In this document: in pieces, positions 31,285-42,888 of the stretch
Layout of the letters: every line of letters starts with the position of its first letter
How positions within the stretch are numbered: position 1 is the first letter of the stretch
NCBI GenBank assembly: GCA_963740865.1
Contig: CAVUGH010000009.1
Coordinates: 62,003-126,002 of the forward strand
Source of the DNA: an uncultured Actinomycetota bacterium
Lineage (GTDB): Bacteria; Actinomycetota; Actinomycetes; Actinomycetales; Dermatophilaceae
Length of the DNA: 64,000 nt
Direction of reading: 5' to 3'
Program-made: the position numbers and the translations under genes
The notes under the pieces: generated by a model
The model's input: only the letters and a program-made list of their open reading frames with translations
Told to the model about the DNA's origin: nothing
The model's database searches: none

Positions 31285-32685
31285 TCAGCGGCTGCGAGCC
31301 ACCCTCGCGCTCGGGCTGTGCGCCACCGTCCCGGTGGTGCCTGCGGCGTCGGCACCCGAGGACCTCTGCGAGCTCTGGATGGCGGGAGGGGTGTAGATCT
31401 CGAACGACCCGGTGACGTCCATGACGGTGTGCGTCAGGCCGCTGTTGTTGTAGATCTTGAACTTGTTGCCGGGACCCATGGGCGTGATCGTGGCGTTCGC
31501 AACCACCTCACCGGGCGAGGCGTTGAGGTTGCTGGCGGTGGGACGGGGGACAGAGTCCTCGTCTTCCCAGACGGTGAGGTAGGTGGCCGCCGTCGGTGCC
31601 ACGGCGACCGTGTTGGCCACCAGCGCCGCGGTGGGGTCGCCGGCCACCGAGCCGGGCGCGGTGAAGGACCGCGTCGCGGCGGAACCGAGCGGCTGCGCGA
31701 CGCTCCCGGTCCCGTTGCGGGTGTCGATGATCCGCGTCGGCGCCAGGGGGCGGAAGCGCAGCCCGCTGGCCTGCCCGGCCTCGTAGACCCCGACGATGTC
31801 GACGATGACGTGCGTGCTCCCCTTGCTGCCGTTCTTGAAGGTGAAGAGGGGCACGCCGTCAGTCGGGTCCGGCTGCGTGGGGACGACGGCCATGTTGGGG
31901 ACCACCTGACCCTTGACGAAGTTCAGGTTCGACGCAGTAGGCACCGGCGGGGCGCCGTTCCAGGCGACGAGGTACCCCGGAGCCGTCGGGGTGACCACGG
32001 TGATGTTCATGGCGAGCGCTCGCACCGTCGGGTTGGTCGTCGGGTCGAAGTCGGCGCCGAGGACGACCTCCTCTCCGGGGAAGAGGACTCCACCATCGGC
32101 AGGGCGGCGGCTGTCGAAGATCCGGGTCGGGGGGACGAGGTAGAACTGGTGTCCCATGCCCTTGGTCGGACGAATCGCGTCGCTCGCGGCGTAGTAGCCC
32201 ATGACGTCCACGGCCACGTTGACCAGTCCGGCGTGGTTGTAGACGGAGATCTTGCCACCCGCACCGAGCGGGACGGTCACGAGGTTGGCCCGGGTCCCAC
32301 CCGAGGGCAGGTTGAGCGTGGAGGCGGTGGGCAGGGCCTGGCCCGCGGGGTAGATCCGCAGGTGGGTCGCCCTGTTCGGAACAATCCCTGTCACATTGAG
32401 GACGACGGCTGACACGTCCGCAGCCGGGACCCCGCCTCGGCCTCCGACGGCCAGGTCGAACTTGTTGGCCACTCCGGCGCCAAGGGGGCTTGGGTGCCCT
32501 CCATTGGTCGTCCGCGTGTCCAGGAGCCTGGTGCTGGCCAACGGGTAGTAGGTCCCGGTGGCGTCATCGGCGGCAGTAGCCGAGACGACCGTGGGGAGCG
32601 CAGCGGCGGCATCGGCGCCGAGGATGGCGGGGATGACGAGCGTGACGGAGGCGAGGAGGCCGAGCGCCAACCGGTGTGGAGTCAT
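31285..32685 (-). CDS. Secreted protein with three P-x-R-x-x-D-[TS]-R modules
   Basis: Signal peptide from ATG 32685; modules start PLASTRLLDTR, PPTRIFDSR, PLAPTRIIDTR. Confidence 0.8.
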   Translation of the reverse strand: MTPHRLALGLLASVTLVIPAILGADAAAALPTVVSATAADDATGTYYPLASTRLLDTRTTNGGHPSPLGAGVANKFDLAVGGRGGVPAADVSAVVLNVTGIVPNRATHLRIYPAGQALPTASTLNLPSGGTRANLVTVPLGAGGKISVYNHAGLVNVAVDVMGYYAASDAIRPTKGMGHQFYLVPPTRIFDSRRPADGGVLFPGEEVVLGADFDPTTNPTVRALAMNITVVTPTAPGYLVAWNGAPPVPTASNLNFVKGQVVPNMAVVPTQPDPTDGVPLFTFKNGSKGSTHVIVDIVGVYEAGQASGLRFRPLAPTRIIDTRNGTGSVAQPLGSAATRSFTAPGSVAGDPTAALVANTVAVAPTAATYLTVWEDEDSVPRPTASNLNASPGEVVANATITPMGPGNKFKIYNNSGLTHTVMDVTGSFEIYTPPAIQSSQRSSGADAAGTTGTVAHSPSARVARSR

Positions 32686-32833
32686 GTGGGGTTCCCATGT
32701 GTCGACGACTTCAGGGGCTGATGGCCACGTCCAGCCGTTGCCGTACCCCTTGGACAGAAGCAAGGTAACCCCGCGGGACCCCGATCGCCACGTGTCGCGG
32801 CCGATTTGCCGCAGTTGTTGCCGGTCAGTGACT

Positions 32834-32877
32834 GGGGAGTCAGTAGGGAGTCAGTGGGGAGTCGGTGGGGAGTCAGT
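32834..32877. repeat. 11-bp tandem repeat x4 (GGGGAGTCAGT) in a divergent promoter region
   Basis: ggggagtcagt agggagtcagt ggggagtcggt ggggagtcagt. Confidence 0.85.
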
Positions 32878-32929
32878 GGCTGTCGCTGGGCATCGGCTGG
32901 CGGGATCCGGGTGCCGGTTGTCCGGAAAG

Positions 32930-32961
32930 TGCTGTCTGCCTGGAACGACTGGCAGATAGCA
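32930..32961. promoter_or_regulatory. Inverted repeat over the MFS promoter (putative operator)
   Basis: tgctgtctgcc-N10-ggcagatagca, overlapping TAGCAT -10. Confidence 0.5.
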
Positions 32962-32968
32962 TGCGACA

Positions 32969-34333
32969 GTGACGATTCCTGCCGCCGCGGCCGATGCCTC
33001 CACCTCGACGCAGACCTCCCGCCGCCCCCGGGTGCACCGCGCCTGGTGGGTCGCCGCGGTCATCCTGGGTGCCCTCGTCGCCGCGGCCGGCTTCCGCTCC
33101 TCGACCGGCGCACTCCTCGAGCCGCTCGAGTCCGAGTTCGGCTGGTCGCGAGCGACGACTTCCGGGGCCGTCACCGCCAACCTGGTGATCTACGGCCTGA
33201 CCGCGCCCTTCGCAGCGGCGCTCATGGAACGGTTCGGGCTGCGCCGCGTCGTCATCCTCGCGCTCTTCCTCGTGGCGATCGGCAGCGGGCTGACCACCGT
33301 GATGACCGCGCCGTGGCAGCTCTGGCTGCTGTGGGGCGTCTTCGTCGGGATCGGCGCCGGAGCGATGGCTCTCGTCCTCGGCGCGGTGGTCGCGAACCGG
33401 TGGTTCGTCGAGTCCAGGCGCGGCCTGGTCACCGGTGTCTTCTCGGCCGCCGGCGCGGCCGGCCAGCTCGTCTTCCTGCCGGGGATCGCCGCGCTGGCGG
33501 AGGGCCCGGGCTGGCGGTATGCCGCGCTCGTGGTCACGGGCGCGTCCCTGCTGCTCGTGCCGCTGGTGCTGTTCGTCGTCCGCGACCGACCCGCAGACCT
33601 CGGCCTGCGTCCTCTCGGGGCGCAACCGGGTGACGTGCTCGACGAGCCGGCCACGCGGCATACCGGGACCCAGGTGGGGCCGGCGACGATGGCCGTGCGC
33701 ACCCTGCGCGAGAGCGCGCGGTCACGCACGTTCTGGATCCTGTTCGGAACCTTCTGGATCTGCGGCTGGTCGACGAACGGGCTGATCGGCACCCACTTCA
33801 TCCCGGCGGCCCACGACCACGGCATGCCGCCGACCACTGCTGCCGGGCTGCTCGCCCTCATCGGCCTGTTCGACCTCGTCGGCACCATCGCGTCCGGCTG
33901 GCTCACCGACAAGGTCGACCCGCGGATGCTGCTCGCCGGCTACTACGGGTTCCGGGGGCTGTCGCTGCTGTTCGTGCCAGCCCTGCTCGGCCCGGACATC
34001 CAGCCCAGCCTGTTCATCTTCATCGTGTTCTACGGACTGGACTGGGTGGCGACGGTGCCACCGACGATCGCCTTGTGTCGCAGGCACTTCGGTGTGGCGC
34101 GGTCAGGTGTCGTGTTCGGCTGGGTCTTCGCCGCGCACATGGTGGGGGCGGGCGTGGCCGCGAGCTATGCCGGCTGGGTGCGGCAGAGCACCGGCGACTA
34201 CTTCACCGCGTGGCTCACGGCCGGGGGTCTGTGCCTGTTCGCGGCGCTCGCCTGCCTGGCCATCTCGAAGTCGCCCGAGCGCGGCTCGTGGAGCTCCGCG
34301 GGCGAGGACGCCGAGGTCGGCGCCGTCGCCTGA
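32969..34333 (+). CDS. MFS transporter
   Basis: About 12 TM; EFGWSR, MERFGLRR and GWLTDKVDPR motifs. Confidence 0.92.
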   Translation: MTIPAAAADASTSTQTSRRPRVHRAWWVAAVILGALVAAAGFRSSTGALLEPLESEFGWSRATTSGAVTANLVIYGLTAPFAAALMERFGLRRVVILALFLVAIGSGLTTVMTAPWQLWLLWGVFVGIGAGAMALVLGAVVANRWFVESRRGLVTGVFSAAGAAGQLVFLPGIAALAEGPGWRYAALVVTGASLLLVPLVLFVVRDRPADLGLRPLGAQPGDVLDEPATRHTGTQVGPATMAVRTLRESARSRTFWILFGTFWICGWSTNGLIGTHFIPAAHDHGMPPTTAAGLLALIGLFDLVGTIASGWLTDKVDPRMLLAGYYGFRGLSLLFVPALLGPDIQPSLFIFIVFYGLDWVATVPPTIALCRRHFGVARSGVVFGWVFAAHMVGAGVAASYAGWVRQSTGDYFTAWLTAGGLCLFAALACLAISKSPERGSWSSAGEDAEVGAVA

Positions 34334-34360
34334 CCAGGCGGGCCCCGGCCAGTTGGCCCG

Positions 34361-34418
34361 CGAGAGGGTGGCAGACCGGCCCTTCCCTCGCGGGAAGCGG
34401 CGGTGTGCCACCCTCTCG
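34361..34418. terminator. Long hairpin between convergent genes
   Basis: cgagagggtggcagaccg...cttccc-tcgc-gggaag...cggtgtgccaccctctcg. Confidence 0.65.
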
Positions 34419-34428
34419 GCGGACGCGG

Positions 34429-35652
34429 TCAGCGCAGGCCGCGCAGCCGCAGGACGACCCCGGCGTGGTCGGAGGGCCACAGGCCGGTTGCCGCGTCACG
34501 GCTGGCCACCGAGTTGCCGGTGACGGTGCCCCGGTCCACGGCCGCGCCGCCGATCGAGGTGCGCGCGAAGACCAGGTCGATCCGGTGGTCGAAGCCGGCC
34601 GCCGTCGCGTCCGTCACGCCCTCGGACAGACCCGAGGTGCAGCCGTCGTCCCGCGCGTCGACCGGGCAGCTGCCCGGTCGCAGGCGCAGCCACTCGTCGG
34701 CGAACCCGCTCGCCACGATGAAGTCGTAGGGGCCCGAGTGCGGTGTGCGCAGCGGGTCGGTGCTCTTGATGCTGTGGTCGAGCGGGTCGGAGTTGCAGTC
34801 GCAGACGACGATCGTCGGCTTGCTCGACGGCGCGGCCGGACCGGCGAGCAGCTCGTGGGCCTGACCCAGCGCGATGTCGGAGCTGGCCGACTCGAGGTGG
34901 GTGTTGATGACGCGCACCACGGTCGACCCGGACCGCACGTCGGCCCAGTTGTAGCCGCGGATGAAGACGAACGGCACGCCGCCGACACTGACCGACAGAC
35001 GCGTGGCGTACTGCGCGCCACCGCTGGCCTGCACGGTCAGACCAGGGTCGACCCGCACGAGCATCGCGTCGCGCATGGTCAGGCGGACGTCGCGCGGGCT
35101 GGTCATGGTGCCGGCGAAGGGGTTGCCCTTGAACGCCGGGCCCTCCACGTCGGACTCCTGCTGGACGTTGACCACGCGGTACTGCGCGCCGGTCGCCGCC
35201 AGGTCGCTGGTGAAGGTCGCCAGGAAGTCGTAGTCGACGGTCGCGGCGTTCGCCGTGCCGATCGCGCCCAGCTCCAACGGTCCGCTACGCCACAGGGCCA
35301 CCTCCTGCAGCCCCACCACGTCGGGCCGCTGCGAGGCGATCTCGGCGGCCAGCAGCTTGCTGCGCACCGGGAAGCTCGTCTGGTCCACGACGGCCCGCAG
35401 CTCGTCGTTGGAGTTGCCGAACGCCACCAGCGCGGCCGCCCCGGTCTTGCCTGCCGTCGCGCGCAGCGGGCGGTTGATGTCGCCGCCGAGGTAGATGTTG
35501 CGCGTCATCACGGTCAGCGGCTTGCCGGGGGCGGTGTCCGGGGGAGCAGCCACCGCGGGGCTCGCCACGACGGCGGCGAGGGCGCCGGCGAGCGCTGCGA
35601 CTGCCGCGGTGGCGACGGCTCGGCGGGTGGGGCGGGACAGGTGGATGGACAT
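34429..35652 (-). CDS. Secreted endonuclease/exonuclease/phosphatase family protein
   Basis: Signal peptide with RR; MTRNIY, GLQEV, NTHLE, DCNS, RIDLV and SDH motifs. Confidence 0.88.
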   Translation of the reverse strand: MSIHLSRPTRRAVATAAVAALAGALAAVVASPAVAAPPDTAPGKPLTVMTRNIYLGGDINRPLRATAGKTGAAALVAFGNSNDELRAVVDQTSFPVRSKLLAAEIASQRPDVVGLQEVALWRSGPLELGAIGTANAATVDYDFLATFTSDLAATGAQYRVVNVQQESDVEGPAFKGNPFAGTMTSPRDVRLTMRDAMLVRVDPGLTVQASGGAQYATRLSVSVGGVPFVFIRGYNWADVRSGSTVVRVINTHLESASSDIALGQAHELLAGPAAPSSKPTIVVCDCNSDPLDHSIKSTDPLRTPHSGPYDFIVASGFADEWLRLRPGSCPVDARDDGCTSGLSEGVTDATAAGFDHRIDLVFARTSIGGAAVDRGTVTGNSVASRDAATGLWPSDHAGVVLRLRGLR

Positions 35653-35757
35653 CGTTGGCCTCCCTGCGTCAGGTGTGTGGGCTCATAGTGGTCATCGGTC
35701 CGCGCTGCGGCAAGGGTCCAATGGCGTAGTTCCCCGTGGCTGTGTTTGGCTGAACCC

Positions 35758-36045
35758 ATGACGGACACCGTGGTCACGGACAACCCGGACCAGCACCGCT
35801 ACGAGGCCCGGATCGACGGTGCGCTCGCCGGCTTCGCCGCCTACCGGTTCAAGGGCGACCACATCGTCTTCACGCACACCGAGGTGGACGACGCGTTTGC
35901 CGGGCAGGGTGTGGGTGGCGCACTGGCCAAGGGAGCGCTCGACGACGTCCGCGCCCGGGCCGAGCACGACGTCGTCGCCCTCTGTCCGTTCATCTCCGCC
36001 TGGCTGGCCCGCCACCCCGACTACCAGGACCTCATCGCGCCCTAG
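35758..36045 (+). CDS. GNAT N-acetyltransferase (YjdJ-like)
   Basis: FTHTEVDDAFAGQGVG...CPFI. Confidence 0.88.
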   Translation: MTDTVVTDNPDQHRYEARIDGALAGFAAYRFKGDHIVFTHTEVDDAFAGQGVGGALAKGALDDVRARAEHDVVALCPFISAWLARHPDYQDLIAP

Positions 36046-36277
36046 CCCCGCTCCCCGGAGGCGGCCCACGGAGTGCCGGCGCTGACCCCCGGTGGTGCGC
36101 TCGCGGCATACCCGCACGTCGTGGCTCACGGGGTATGCCGCGTGGGCGCGGAACCGGGGCGGGCCGCGGCACGTTCGGCGGCTGGGGAGCGTTCCCCGGC
36201 CCGCACGTCCACGGTGGTGGGTCGACTCGACTAGCCTAGGTCGGGCCGTTGCCACCCGGATGTCCACGGCTGCGAAC

Positions 36278-36355
36278 TTCCGGGCGTAGCAGGAGATCAG
36301 AAATTCCGGGCGTAGCAGGAGATCAGAAATTCCGGGCGTAGCAGGAGATCAGAAA
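36278..36355 (+). repeat. Perfect 26-bp tandem repeat x3 in the secA leader
   Basis: ttccgggcgtagcaggagatcagaaa at 36278, 36304 and 36330. Confidence 0.95.
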
Positions 36356-36371
36356 CCTCAGGAGATATTGC

Positions 36372-39317
<2,946 letters not shown>

Positions 39318-39345
39318 CCCCAGTCCGGCCTAACTGACCCGCACC

Positions 39346-39408
39346 TCTGGCCACTGATTCGGCATCCGGCCCCCACTACCGGGGTCTGGTGCCACACCGG
39401 TGGCCAGA
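39346..39408. terminator. Extended hairpin between convergent secA and Rv3235-like gene
   Basis: tctggccac...ggcatccggcccc/ggggtctggtgcc...gtggccaga. Confidence 0.6.
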
Positions 39409-39420
39409 AGTCGGTGGTGC

Positions 39421-39957
39421 TCAGCCGACTTGGAGTGCCTCGACGCGCCACCGACCGTCCAGACCGACCAGCCGGAACGCCAGTGCGCGCACTCGTCCGC
39501 CGTCCACCACCACGGCGCTCGCCTCGGCGACGCCGTCCGCGGGCTCGCAGACCCGGACCCCGCGCACGACGGTGCGCCGGGTCGACCCCGCCCCACGCCG
39601 AGCCGACACGGAGGCGCGACGGGCCACCACGGCATACACCTCGGGGGTGGTCCAACGCAGCACCTGTGGCGCGGGACGCGCCCCAGCCATCACCTCGACG
39701 AGCCCCTGGGCGATGTGTCCGGCCCAGACCTGGGGATCGGGCAGGTCACCGCGGCGCGTGGGGCGCTCACCGAAGAGCTGGTCGTCGGTCATGCTCTCGA
39801 AGTCGATCGCGAGCGAGTCCTGGACGTAGCGCGGTGATCCGAGGTCGTCCGGGATCCAGGACTCGGTCTCGGACAGCACGGGCGGGCGGGTGCGGGGAGC
39901 CGGGACGATTCGCAAGGGTGTGAGTCGGGAGGTCGGCTGGGCCGTCGCGGCGTTCAT
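39421..39957 (-). CDS. Rv3235 family protein
   Basis: EVMAGARPAPQV...VAEASAVV...RVRALAFRL...W; syntenic after secA. Confidence 0.85.
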   Translation of the reverse strand: MNAATAQPTSRLTPLRIVPAPRTRPPVLSETESWIPDDLGSPRYVQDSLAIDFESMTDDQLFGERPTRRGDLPDPQVWAGHIAQGLVEVMAGARPAPQVLRWTTPEVYAVVARRASVSARRGAGSTRRTVVRGVRVCEPADGVAEASAVVVDGGRVRALAFRLVGLDGRWRVEALQVG

Positions 39958-40826
39958 CGCACGGCTCCGGACGACCGGGCGGCGAGCGCGGCAGCGCTCG
40001 GTGGCCGCAGGATCTGACCGGGCCTGACCAGGTCGGGGTCGTCGCCGATCACGGTGCGGTTGGTCTCGTGCCACGCCGGCCACGCGTTGGCGACCTCCGC
40101 ATCGGTGGCGTCCGGGCCGAGGTGGCGGCGAGCGATGTCCCACAAGGTGTCGCCGCGGTGGACGACGACGTCGGCCGCACGATGCGGCACGCTGCCGCCA
40201 GTGACCAGGCCGGAGCTGGGATGCGCTCGCTGCACGGGTCGCGAGGGGGTCCACCCGGGGGCGGGAGCAGGGTCCGCGTCCAGAGGTGCGGGGGAGTCGG
40301 ACTCGGCGGACGTCGGGCGAGTCAGTGCAAACCCGGGGCCGCGTTGGCCCACGCCCGCTCTCTCATCGGTGCTCACGTCAGCGCCCCGTTCCCCGGCCAC
40401 GCGGTGCGGCGAGGTCGCGCTGAACCCGGGCGTGAGCCCAGGACTGCCAGGCGACGGCACGGCTGGCCCGTCCCCGAGCGCGGTCCCGGGAGCGAACGCG
40501 CCTCCCATGACCGCGCCCACGAGAACTGCGGCGACCCGCCGGGAGACCGCTGGAGCCCAGGCGCGGGCCCACCGGTCGGCTGCGTCGCCGAGCCGCCCGG
40601 GGAGGTGGGCCAGGACGGCGGCGACCGTGGTGGCCGCGAGCCAGGCGCCGAGGAGGGTGGCGAGGGCCACGATCACGAGGGTCAGCGCCTCGGCCAGGCT
40701 GGCCGGTCCGCGATCCTGCACCAGCCGCCACTGGGCGACAAGGGCCAGGCACAGCAGAGCCTCGACTGCACCGAGCACTGCGAGCGCGCTCGTGGTGCCG
40801 ATGGCGATCCGAATCGTCCGATTCAT
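39954..40826 (-). CDS. Membrane protein with C-terminal LysM domain
   Basis: VVVHRGDTLWDIA...W...N...IGDDPDLVRPGQIL. Confidence 0.85.
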   Translation of the reverse strand: MNRTIRIAIGTTSALAVLGAVEALLCLALVAQWRLVQDRGPASLAEALTLVIVALATLLGAWLAATTVAAVLAHLPGRLGDAADRWARAWAPAVSRRVAAVLVGAVMGGAFAPGTALGDGPAVPSPGSPGLTPGFSATSPHRVAGERGADVSTDERAGVGQRGPGFALTRPTSAESDSPAPLDADPAPAPGWTPSRPVQRAHPSSGLVTGGSVPHRAADVVVHRGDTLWDIARRHLGPDATDAEVANAWPAWHETNRTVIGDDPDLVRPGQILRPPSAAALAARSSGAVR

Positions 40827-41005
40827 TTTTCCCCCATGAACGTCCGTTTGCATGTGTTTACGTGTGTTAGAAGGTAACAGCGCGTACTTGGGGATGGCAA
40901 GCCGTGGCCGGCGCTAGAGTCGTCGACGACCGGGTCGCACCACGCCCCAGCCCGGGGTCGCTCCGCGGGGACAGCGGCGAGGGAGGGCAGAAGGGGGAGT
41001 GCGCG

Positions 41006-41572
41006 ATGCGCTGGAACGACCTGTTCGCAGACCTGGGCGCCCAGTGGGACGCCGAGTCAAGGCGCGAGCTGGACGCGGAGGTGGCCGACCGGACCCGGCG
41101 CGAGCGCGCGTCGGTGGGGCTCTACGAGCGGCTTGCGGCGGCGGGCGACGACGTGGTGACGATCTGGCTGCGCAGCGGTGCTGCGGTGCAGGGGCGGGTC
41201 GCGGACGTGGGCGACGGGTGGCTGTTGCTCGCGACAGTCGTCAGCGGACACCTCGTCGGACCTCCGGTCGGGCCGGCCCTGGTGCCGTTTGCTGCGGTGA
41301 CCTCGGTGACCGGGCTCTCCGCCCGCGCCGGGGGAACCGCGCTGGGGCGCAAGTTCGGCCTGGGCTACGCCCTGCGCGGGTTGAGCCGAGACCGGGCCGT
41401 CGTGCTCCTGACCGACCTGACCGGCGCAGTCGTCGCCGGCACCATCGACGCGGTGGGTCTGGACGTGCTCGAGCTGAGCGAGCACGCGGCGGACCTCCCG
41501 CGGCGCGCGGAGAACGTCACCGGGCGTCGCCTGGTGCCGTTCTCAGCCGTGGTCCTCCTGCGCCCCGCCTAG
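41006..41572 (+). CDS. Conserved hypothetical protein
   Basis: MRWNDLFADL start; duplicated G-x-[VI]-x-x-VG-x-[GD] beta motifs; GGGGAG SD. Confidence 0.75.
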   Translation: MRWNDLFADLGAQWDAESRRELDAEVADRTRRERASVGLYERLAAAGDDVVTIWLRSGAAVQGRVADVGDGWLLLATVVSGHLVGPPVGPALVPFAAVTSVTGLSARAGGTALGRKFGLGYALRGLSRDRAVVLLTDLTGAVVAGTIDAVGLDVLELSEHAADLPRRAENVTGRRLVPFSAVVLLRPA

Positions 41573-41585
41573 CGAGGACGAGAGG

Positions 41586-41714
41586 TGCCCCCAGGTCGAG
41601 CCCAGACCTGCCCCCAGGTCGAGCCCAGACCTGCCCCCAGGTCGAGCCCAGACCTGCCCCCAGGTCGAGCCCAGACCTGCCCCCAGGTCGAGCCCAGACC
41701 TGCCCCCAGGTCGA
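41586..41714. repeat. Perfect 23-bp tandem repeat x5.6 with internal palindrome
   Basis: tgcccccaggtcgagcccagacc; caggtc-N7-gacctg dyad; no spacers. Confidence 0.95.
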
Positions 41715-41729
41715 AATGCGGTCTTGCGG

Positions 41730-41954
41730 TCAGTCCTGGCCCTGCCCGAACGGGTGGGCGGCGACGAAGGTCTTGGTCTCGCTGTACATGCGCTGGATGT
41801 AGCCCTCGAGCTCGGCAACCTCGACGCGCCACTGCCCGCGGCCACCGACCTTGATGGCCGGCAGCTCGCCGGATCGGACCAGGGCGTAGGCCTGGGCGGA
41901 TGAGATGTCGAGCACTTCCGAGACCTCAGCCAGCTGGATGAAGCGCTTAGTCAC
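41730..41954 (-). CDS. HTH_17 (excisionase/BldC-like) DNA-binding protein
   Basis: EVSEVLDISSAQAYALVRSGELPAIKVGGRGQWRV. Confidence 0.88.
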   Translation of the reverse strand: MTKRFIQLAEVSEVLDISSAQAYALVRSGELPAIKVGGRGQWRVEVAELEGYIQRMYSETKTFVAAHPFGQGQD

Positions 41955-42213
41955 GTCATTCCCCTCTTCTTCAGCCAGCCGACTTGACTGGAAGCAGACG
42001 TTCTCTTGACCGAATTTTTACCATGTTCTTGCGGCTGCGTCTGGTCGATGAGCAGATTCTGGCATCTATAGCCGTTTGGGGGAGTTGGCATACCGACCTT
42101 GTGGATGAGCAGCGAACCTGTGGATTGAACGGGCGCAGAGCCGCGTCGGTGCGTCATGATGGGCCGGCCGGTGTGGACAAACCGCCGGTAAGGATGATGA
42201 AGGGGACATCACC

Positions 42214-42888
42214 ATGACCGATCTGCCCGTGCCCAGGGCGGCCAGGCTCCAGCGACCGGGGTGGCGGGACGCCCGGCTCGTGGTGGGGGTGCTGCTCGTG
42301 CTCGCCTCGGTGGCCCTCGGCTCGTTCGTCGTTGCCCACGCTGACGACCGGACGCCTGTGTATGCCGCGCGGGGAGCACTGGTGCCCGGGCAGCAGCTCA
42401 GCGAGGAAAACCTCATGCGCGTCGACGTCCAGCTGGGGTCCGAGCTGTCGCAGTACCTGTCTGCGGGGCAAGGGCTCGCGCCCGACCGCTACGTGCTCCG
42501 TGAGGTCAGTGCCGGCGAGCTCGTCCCCGTGGCTGCGGTGGGAGGCAAGGACGAGGTCGGGGTCCAACCGCTGACCCTGTCGGTCGATGCCGGGTCCGCC
42601 GCGGCGCTGCGGGTCGGTTCCCGAGTAGACGTCTACGTCAACCCGGCCGACCAGGGCGCCACCTCCACGGGCAAGGCCTTCACCGGTCCCGAGCTCGCGC
42701 TCGAGGGAGTGTCTGTCTCGAGCCTGCCCAAGACCAGTGGTGGTCTGGGCGGTGGTGCCTCTGGCGATCGCGCCATCCAGGTGATGGCTCCCACGGCGCA
42801 GATCAAGGAGATCATCGCGGAGGTCGACCTCGGCGCGCGGATCACGGTGGTCCCCGTCGCGGGCACCTCATTGCGGGTCGACCAGTGA
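42214..42888 (+). CDS. SAF-domain CpaB-like membrane protein
   Basis: RLQRPGWRDARLVVGVLL, YAARGALVPG and GSRVDVYV motifs. Confidence 0.72.
   Translation: MTDLPVPRAARLQRPGWRDARLVVGVLLVLASVALGSFVVAHADDRTPVYAARGALVPGQQLSEENLMRVDVQLGSELSQYLSAGQGLAPDRYVLREVSAGELVPVAAVGGKDEVGVQPLTLSVDAGSAAALRVGSRVDVYVNPADQGATSTGKAFTGPELALEGVSVSSLPKTSGGLGGGASGDRAIQVMAPTAQIKEIIAEVDLGARITVVPVAGTSLRVDQ

Noticed and set aside
36278-36355. CRISPR array or mini-array before secA
   Set aside because: Head-to-tail identical units with no spacers
41586-41714. CRISPR array
   Set aside because: The repeats are contiguous with no unique spacers, and there are no cas genes in the window
41730-41954. Prophage/ICE excisionase
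   Set aside because: No integrase, att site or phage genes; the gene sits in a conserved chromosomal neighbourhood
42100-42180. Replication origin
   Set aside because: Only a few boxes, no dnaA/dnaN and no AT-rich unwinding element
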